From contig CAVPCQ010000037.1 in NCBI GenBank assembly GCA_963702425.1, forward strand, positions 256,001 through 320,000: a DNA stretch of 64,000 nt. Direction: 5' to 3'. Shown here piece after piece: positions 58,398 to 64,000 of this stretch. The notes beneath the pieces are model-generated. The model made no database searches. It was given only the letters and a program-made list of their open reading frames with translations, and had not been told where the DNA came from. The first letter of the stretch is position 1; each line of letters starts with the position of its first letter. Origin of the DNA: an uncultured Acidobacteriota bacterium (GTDB lineage: Bacteria > Acidobacteriota > Polarisedimenticolia > J045). The position numbers and the translations under genes were made by a program.

Positions 58398-58769
58398 ATG
58401 AAGTTCCTGTTGAGCCTGGTCATCACCGCGCTGGCGCTGGCCGCGGCGGCGCAGATCGTGCCGGGGATCAGCTACGGCACGCCCAAGGACCTGGCGCTGA
58501 TGGCGCTGGTCGTGGGCCTCGTCAACGCGATCATCACGCCGGTCGTCAAGCTCCTGAGCTGCCCCTTCATCATCCTGACGCTCGGGCTGGCGATCCCGAT
58601 CATCAACGCGCTGATGCTGCTGCTGGCGACCAAGATCGCCTCGATGTTCGGGATCAACTTCCGCGTTGACGGATTCTGGCCGGCGCTGCTCGGCGCGATC
58701 CTGATCTCGGTCGTGTCGATCGTGTTGGGGGCGGTGACGGGGGCGTTCCGGTCGGAGGAGAAGCGGTAG
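58398..58769 (+). CDS. YvlD / 4-TMS 'phage holin family' membrane protein
   Basis: GLVNAII.PV.KLLS.P..ILTLGL..INALML, VDGFW.A. Confidence 0.85.
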   Translation: MKFLLSLVITALALAAAAQIVPGISYGTPKDLALMALVVGLVNAIITPVVKLLSCPFIILTLGLAIPIINALMLLLATKIASMFGINFRVDGFWPALLGAILISVVSIVLGAVTGAFRSEEKR

Positions 58770-58791
58770 CGAAGGGGGGCCCGGGGCGGGC

Positions 58792-59214
58792 TCAGTCCTC
58801 TTCGCGGACCCGTCCCCGGGCGCGCTTCACCTCCCCCCGGCGCACCTTCTGGTGCCGCCGCTGCACCTTCTGGGCCCGCGGCACGCGGGTCTCGAAGCGC
58901 GGCGCCTCTTCCGCCAGCGCCCAGCGCAGCAGCTCGACGAAGCGCTCGCGCGCCGCGTCGCGGTTGGCGGCCTGGCTGCGCGAGGACTGGGCCACGACGC
59001 GCAACACGCCGTCCTTCGAGATCCGGGTCGCCAGCCGCTCCAGGATGCGCGCCCGCTGGTCGTCGTCCAGGGCCGGAGAGTGGGCGACATCGAACAGCAG
59101 GGTGGCGCGCGAGCTGACTTTGTTGACGTGCTGGCCCCCCGGCCCCCCGCTGCGCGAGAAGACGAACGAGACCGCCTCGTCGGGCAGCGCGAGGCCGGGG
59201 AGGATTTCGATCAT
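58792..59214 (-). CDS. arfB: Alternative ribosome-rescue peptidyl-tRNA hydrolase ArfB
   Basis: RSGGPGGQHVNKV, RSQ..NR..A, basic C-terminal tail. Confidence 0.93.
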   Translation of the reverse strand: MIEILPGLALPDEAVSFVFSRSGGPGGQHVNKVSSRATLLFDVAHSPALDDDQRARILERLATRISKDGVLRVVAQSSRSQAANRDAARERFVELLRWALAEEAPRFETRVPRAQKVQRRHQKVRRGEVKRARGRVREED

Positions 59215-59235
59215 CGGTGGGCCCTGTGCGTAGTT

Positions 59236-59295
59236 GGGCCGGCACGGAGGCCGGCCCCTGCGCCTTTCGGGCCGGCACGGAGGCCGGCCCCTGCG
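59236..59295. repeat. Two tandem 27-bp REP-like palindromic elements
   Basis: GGGCCGGCACGGAGGCCGGCCCCTGCG at 59236-59262 and 59269-59295; each has an 8-bp stem. Confidence 0.85.
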
Positions 59296-59296
59296 G

Positions 59297-60691
59297 CTAT
59301 CTTTTCTTCGGAGCGCCCCCGGTGAAGCTCGCCGGCAGCTCCTCGAACAGCGCGGCCGCGGCCTCGTTGCCGCGGTAGAACTGGTCGAGGTCGAACTTCT
59401 CGTTCGGGGCGTGGAGGTTGTCGTCCGGCAGGCCGATCCCCATCAGCACCGCCGGCACGCCGAGCAGCTTGCCGAAGGTCCCGACGACCGGGATCGAGCC
59501 CCCTTCGCGCATGAAGACCGGGGTCTTGCCGAACGAACGCTTGAGCGCGCGGGCCGCCGCGGCCAGCGCCGGGTGGTCGGTCTCGGCCAGCCAGGCCTCC
59601 GCGCCGTGCAGGTTCTGGACCTGCACCTTGACCGACTTGGGCGTGATCTTCTTGATGTACGCGATCACCTGCTTCGCGATCTCGTTCGGCTTCTGGTTCG
59701 GAACGAGGCGCATCGAGATCTTGATGTGGGCCTCGGCCGGGATCACGGTCTTGGCGCCCTGTCCGGTGAAGCCGCCCCAGATCCCGTTGACCTCCAGCGT
59801 CGGCCGGGCCCAGGTCCGCTCGAGCGTCGTGAACCCCTTCTCGCCGAACAGCTCGGGCGCGCCCAGCTCCTTCTTGTACTTCGCGTCCTTGTGCGGCAGC
59901 GCGGCGAAGGCCTTGCGCTCGGCCGCGGTCAGCTTGCGCACCTTGTCGTAGAAGCCGGGGACCTTGATCTTGCCGTTCATGTCCTTCAGCCCGGCGACGA
60001 TCTGCGCCGCCGCGAAGGCCGGGTTGATCACCGCGCCGCCGAAGCTGCCGGAGTGCAGGTCGGACTTGGTGCCGAAGATGTCGACCTGGAGGTAGAGCAG
60101 GCCACGCAGCCCGTGGGTGATCGACGGCACCCCCTTGGCGAAGAAGCCGGTGTCGGAGACCAGGACCGCGTCGCACTTCAGCAGGTCGAGGTGCGACTTG
60201 AGGAAGGCGTCGAGCGAGGGCGAGCTGATCTCCTCTTCCCCCTCGATCAGGAACTTGACGTTGACGGGACAGGTACCGCTGGTCTTGAGGTGTGCCTCGA
60301 GCGCGTTGGCGTAGATGATCATCTGGCCCTTGTCGTCGCAGGCGCCGCGGGCGAAGAGCTTGCCGTCGCGCACGGTCGGCTCGAAGGGGGGCGTCGTCCA
60401 GAGCTCGAGGGGGTCGACCGGCTGGACGTCGTAGTGGCCGTAGGCCAGGACCGTCGGCGCGCCCGGCGCGCCGAGCCACTCGCCGTAGACGATCGGGTGC
60501 TTCGGGGTGTCGAACAGCTCCACCCGCGTGCAACCCGCCGACCGGAGCCGGTCCCTCACCCAAACGCCCGCGCGGCGGACCTCGCCGGCGAGCTCGGGAT
60601 CGGTGCTGATCGACGGGATGCGGAGCAGCTCATTCAGCTGGTCGAGGTGACGCTCACGGTTCTCGCGGACGAACTTGACGGCTGCGCTCAT
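59297..60691 (-). CDS. M20 family dipeptidase
   Basis: YGHYDVQP, ARGACDDKGQ, EGEEEI.S, DLHSG, GGSIP, HAPNE. ATG at 60691 overlaps the cfa stop. Confidence 0.93.
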   Translation of the reverse strand: MSAAVKFVRENRERHLDQLNELLRIPSISTDPELAGEVRRAGVWVRDRLRSAGCTRVELFDTPKHPIVYGEWLGAPGAPTVLAYGHYDVQPVDPLELWTTPPFEPTVRDGKLFARGACDDKGQMIIYANALEAHLKTSGTCPVNVKFLIEGEEEISSPSLDAFLKSHLDLLKCDAVLVSDTGFFAKGVPSITHGLRGLLYLQVDIFGTKSDLHSGSFGGAVINPAFAAAQIVAGLKDMNGKIKVPGFYDKVRKLTAAERKAFAALPHKDAKYKKELGAPELFGEKGFTTLERTWARPTLEVNGIWGGFTGQGAKTVIPAEAHIKISMRLVPNQKPNEIAKQVIAYIKKITPKSVKVQVQNLHGAEAWLAETDHPALAAAARALKRSFGKTPVFMREGGSIPVVGTFGKLLGVPAVLMGIGLPDDNLHAPNEKFDLDQFYRGNEAAAALFEELPASFTGGAPKKR

Positions 60692-62046
60692 CGGTTCCTT
60701 CCCGGCCACGCCGGCAGGCCGGCGCGGGCCAGCACCAGCTGCAGGTCGTTGAGATAGCGCGAGGCGAACCCCGCCTCGCAATAGGCGAAGTAGTACTCCC
60801 AGGTACGCTGGAATCTCTCGTCGAAGCCGAGCCGTGTCAGTTCGGCCGAATGCGTCAGGAAGCGGCGGCGCCAGGCGGCGAGGGTCGGCGCATAGTGCGG
60901 CCCGACGTTCTCGAGCTGCTCGACCACCAGGGACGAGGCGCGGGTCATCGCCTCGCACAGCGCGGTGAGCGACGGGATGACCGCGCCGGGGAAGATGTAC
61001 TTCTGGATCCAGTCGACGCGCTCGAGGTAGCCCTCGTAGCGCTGGTCGGGCAGCGTGATGACCTGGAGCACCGCCCGCCCTCCCGGCGCCAGCAGCCGGT
61101 CGACGGCGGCAAAGAAGGCGCCGAAATACTCGTGGCCGACCGCCTCCAGCATCTCGATCGAGACCACCCGGTCGTAGACGCCGGTCGCGGCGCGGTAGTC
61201 GCACAGCTCGATCGCGACCTGGTCCGCCAACCCGGCCTCGAGGGCTCGTGCCAGGCCCCACGCGCGCTGCTGCTCCGAGACGGTCAGCCCGGTGACGCGC
61301 ACGCCGTACTCGCGGGCCGCGGTCAGCGCGGTCGAACCCCAGCCGCAACCGATCTCGAGCAGGTGCATCCCCGGCGCGAGCCGGGCCTTGTCGAGGACCG
61401 CCCGGATCTTGCGCTGCTGCGCCGCCTCGAGCGGCTCGTCGTCGCGCTCGAACAAGCCGCAGGAGTAGGTCATCGACTCGTCGAGGAACAGCTGGAAGAA
61501 GTCGTTCCCGAGGTCGTAGTGCGCGCGGATGTTCCGGCGGCTCCCGCCCGGGGTGTTCCGCCGGCGGAGGTGATCGAGCCGATCGGCCAGGCGGCGGACG
61601 AGGCCGGGCCGGCCGGCGTCGCCCGCGAGCACCTCCTCGTTGGCGATGAAGAGCGCGATCACCGCGACGAGATCGGGGGTCACCCAGTCGCCGTCGACGA
61701 AGGCCTCGCCGAAGCCGAGATCTCCCCCCAACGCCACGCGCGGGAAGAAGGCCCAGCGCCGGACGTCGATCGCCGCCGAAGGCGCGCCCGGGGATGCGTC
61801 GGCGGAGGCCCCGAAGCGGCGCACCGTGCCGTCCGGGAGGCGCAGCTCCAGCGCGCCGCGGTCGATCGCCGCCAGCTCCGCCAGGACGCGCGCCGCCGCC
61901 CGGCGTTCGACGAGGCCGGGGGGGGTGGCCGGGAGGGCGGGTGCAGCGGACGCCGTCGTGGGCGCCGGCACCGCCGGGGGTGGGTCGGAAACCGGGAGGG
62001 CGCCGGGGGCGCGGGGAGCGTCGGATTGTGCGGGGAGCAGGCTCAT
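60688..62046 (-). CDS. cfa: Cyclopropane-fatty-acyl-phospholipid synthase family methyltransferase
   Basis: NIRAHYDLGNDFF, MTYSC, LEIGCGWG, SIEMLEAVG, YIFPG, YFAYCEAGF. Confidence 0.92.
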   Translation of the reverse strand: MSLLPAQSDAPRAPGALPVSDPPPAVPAPTTASAAPALPATPPGLVERRAAARVLAELAAIDRGALELRLPDGTVRRFGASADASPGAPSAAIDVRRWAFFPRVALGGDLGFGEAFVDGDWVTPDLVAVIALFIANEEVLAGDAGRPGLVRRLADRLDHLRRRNTPGGSRRNIRAHYDLGNDFFQLFLDESMTYSCGLFERDDEPLEAAQQRKIRAVLDKARLAPGMHLLEIGCGWGSTALTAAREYGVRVTGLTVSEQQRAWGLARALEAGLADQVAIELCDYRAATGVYDRVVSIEMLEAVGHEYFGAFFAAVDRLLAPGGRAVLQVITLPDQRYEGYLERVDWIQKYIFPGAVIPSLTALCEAMTRASSLVVEQLENVGPHYAPTLAAWRRRFLTHSAELTRLGFDERFQRTWEYYFAYCEAGFASRYLNDLQLVLARAGLPAWPGRNR

Positions 62047-62155
62047 CGGGACCGTCCGGACCGCTCACGATAGCAGACCGGCGGGCCGGGTTGCTCCCGC
62101 CGGACCCGGGGGGTAGCCTCGCCCAGCCTCACCCCGAGAGCACCGGAGCGCCGCG

Positions 62156-62530
62156 ATGCAGGGCCGCATCACCGTCAACGGGATCCGCTTCCACGCCTTC
62201 CACGGCCTGACGAAGCTCGAGCGCCAGATCGGCGTGCGGCACCGCGTCGACATCGCGATGAAGGCCGACATCGAGAAGGCGGCCGGGAGCGACCGGATCG
62301 AGGACACCGTCGACTACCGCGAGATCCACGACATCGTGATCCGGATCGGGCGCCAGAACTCCTTCTACCTGATCGAGACGCTCGCGGTGCGGATCGCGAA
62401 GGAGATCATGGACCGCTGCGGCTGCGACGAGGTGCGCGTCTCGGTGCTCAAGGAGACGCCGGTGCTCGACGGGATGGTCGACTCGGTGGGGGTCGAGGTC
62501 ACGCTCGAGAAGGAGCCGGCCGCGCCATGA
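62156..62530 (+). CDS. folB: Dihydroneopterin aldolase
   Basis: FHAFHG...E, SD.IEDTVDY, LIETLA, V.V.K. Confidence 0.9.
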   Translation: MQGRITVNGIRFHAFHGLTKLERQIGVRHRVDIAMKADIEKAAGSDRIEDTVDYREIHDIVIRIGRQNSFYLIETLAVRIAKEIMDRCGCDEVRVSVLKETPVLDGMVDSVGVEVTLEKEPAAP

Positions 62531-62907
62531 GACTGCGCCGCGAGTACCGCTTCGAAGCCAGTCATATCCTGCCGCGCCACCCGGGCGCCTGCTCGCGCCT
62601 GCACGGCCACAGCTACCGCTTCATCGTCGAGCTCGAGGGGTCGATCGAGGCGACCTCGGGGATGGTGATCGACTTCGGCGACCTCGACGCGATCGTGAAG
62701 CAACGCGTGCTCGAGCGGGTCGACCACCGGCACTGGAACGACCTGCTCGAGAACCCGACCGCGGAGTGGATCTCGGTCTGGATCTGGGACCAGTTGAAGC
62801 CCGCCCTGCCGGGGCTGACCGCGCTGGAGATGTTCGAGGTCGAAGGGGCGTCGTGCTTCTACCGCGGCGAGCACGCGGGGCAGGGGACGGCGGCGGGGCG
62901 GCCGTGA
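62527..62907 (+). CDS. queD: 6-carboxytetrahydropterin synthase (PTPS-I)
   Basis: FEASH, C-x3-HGH, GMVIDFGDL, DH..N, PTAE. Confidence 0.9.
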   Translation: MRLRREYRFEASHILPRHPGACSRLHGHSYRFIVELEGSIEATSGMVIDFGDLDAIVKQRVLERVDHRHWNDLLENPTAEWISVWIWDQLKPALPGLTALEMFEVEGASCFYRGEHAGQGTAAGRP

Positions 62908-63479
62908 ACCGCGAGCGGATGGAACGCGGGATCCGCGAGTTCCTCGAGGGGCTCGGTGAGGCCGGCGCGTTCCCGGGCGGGATGACTCCCGGGGAGTTGC
63001 TGCGTGAGACCCCGCGCCGCGTGGCCGCGGCCTTCGCCGACGACCTGCTGGCCGGCTACGGCGAGGACCCCGACGCGCACCTCGAGCCGGTGCCGCTGGC
63101 CGGGGCCGCGGGCCCGGTCGTGCTGCACGGCATCCGGTTCGTCTCGGTCTGCGCCCACCACCTGCTGCCGTTCCGCGGCCAGGCCAGCGTCGGGTTCGTG
63201 CCCGACGGGGCTCACGTCGGGATCGGCGGGATCGCCCGGCTGGTCGACACGCTGGCGCGGCGGCTGACCCTTCAGGAGGCCCTGACGGCGGAGATCGCCG
63301 ACCGCCTGGCGGCCCGCTTGCGCCCGCGCGCGGTCGTGGTCAGGATCGAGGCCGAACACCTGTGCCTCTCGGTGCGCGGGGCCCGGAAGACCGGGCACGT
63401 GCTCGAGACGCTCGAACGCCGGGGGGAGCCGTCGGCGGCGCTCGAGCGGATGATGCTCGCGCCGGCCGGGCGCGGGTGA
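62904..63479 (+). CDS. folE: GTP cyclohydrolase I (divergent)
   Basis: ETPRRVA, SVCAHHLLPF.G, LQE.LT, AEHLC..VRG. Confidence 0.85.
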   Translation: MNRERMERGIREFLEGLGEAGAFPGGMTPGELLRETPRRVAAAFADDLLAGYGEDPDAHLEPVPLAGAAGPVVLHGIRFVSVCAHHLLPFRGQASVGFVPDGAHVGIGGIARLVDTLARRLTLQEALTAEIADRLAARLRPRAVVVRIEAEHLCLSVRGARKTGHVLETLERRGEPSAALERMMLAPAGRG

Positions 63480-63498
63480 CGGGCGGCGGGAGGCCACG

Positions 63499-63837
63499 AT
63501 GGAGATCGGCGTCGAACGTCGCGGGGAAGTGACGGTCCTGCGGCCGCACGGCGAGCTCAAGGTCGGCGGCCCCGACCTGGTGCTGCGCGCGGCCTTCGAC
63601 CGGGCGATCGAAGAGGGGAGCCGCCGGATCGTGCTCGACCTGGTCGAGGTCCACTTCGTCGACAGCTCGGGCCTGGGCGAGATGGTCGCGGCGCTGAAGA
63701 AGCTGCGGGCCGGGGCGGGGGACCTCAAGCTCGCCTCCGCCAACCGGCGCGTGGCGGAGACGCTGCGCATCACCCAGCTCGTGCGCGTGCTCGAGATGCA
63801 CGACAGCGCCGCCGGCGCGGTCGCCTCGTTCCACTGA
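63499..63837 (+). CDS. STAS domain anti-sigma-factor antagonist
   Basis: IVLDL..V.FVDSSGLGE with the phospho-acceptor Ser; GGAGG RBS. Confidence 0.92.
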   Translation: MEIGVERRGEVTVLRPHGELKVGGPDLVLRAAFDRAIEEGSRRIVLDLVEVHFVDSSGLGEMVAALKKLRAGAGDLKLASANRRVAETLRITQLVRVLEMHDSAAGAVASFH

Positions 63838-63887
63838 CGGGACGCAGCCTCGGGCGCGCCGCGCGCGGCGTGGGCTATTCTCGGCCT

Positions 63888-64000
63888 GTGATCGGCATCG
63901 CTCTCACGCTCGTCCTCGCATTCGGATCAGCGCCGGCCTCGGCGTCGGCTGCGAAACCGCCGTCGCAGCCCCCGGCGAAGCCCCCGCTCGCGCTCCCCCC
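63888..64000 (+). CDS. 5' fragment of an exported protein (truncated by window edge)
   Basis: GTG, then IGIALTLVLAFGSAPASASA signal-peptide-like stretch; TATTCT 6 nt upstream. Confidence 0.45.
   Translation, partial: MIGIALTLVLAFGSAPASASAAKPPSQPPAKPPLALP

Noticed and set aside
58398-58769. 'Phage holin' as evidence of a prophage
   Set aside because: The YvlD-type family is commonly chromosomal; no phage structural, lysis or integrase genes are nearby.
59236-59295. Possible mini CRISPR array
   Set aside because: Only two repeats with a 6-nt spacer and no cas genes; fits a REP element.
59297-62068. 923-aa ORF suggesting a long dipeptidase fusion
   Set aside because: The N-terminal half is a shadow frame of cfa; the real start is 60691.

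Overview
Very GC-rich, densely coded bacterial chromosomal window. Gene content (Ser/Thr kinase with beta-propeller, secretin-cohesin T2SS/T4P operon, TPR-CHAT) suggests Acidobacteriota, which is an inference only. Most of the window is housekeeping: carD, rqc2/NFACT, nrdR-hsp20-lon, cinA, SUI1, thiL, dut, purB/F/M/N, radC, a Kef antiporter, trpS-tyrS, M1/M16/M20 peptidases, arfB, cfa and folB-queD-folE. I saw no rRNA, tRNA, CRISPR array, integrase or transposase. Two loci stand out. (1) 44770-54076 encodes an ECF sigma, a small soluble putative anti-sigma, a TPR-CHAT caspase-like protease (His/Cys dyad intact, one apparent frameshift), a secreted S8 subtilase and an ATPase-less peptide ABC importer. 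The anti-sigma and the CHAT protein share a PAGVR pentapeptide. This is the best candidate for an uncharacterised proteolytic signalling system. (2) 12878-26431 encodes an ECF/ZAS anti-sigma/stand-alone secretin-N module translationally coupled to a PilC-PilB-PilMNOP-GspD(cohesin)-pseudopilin operon, with an Ig/PKD lipoprotein inserted among the pseudopilins. Apparent indels in trpS and the CHAT gene suggest assembly errors. All calls come from manual motif reading; no searches were run.
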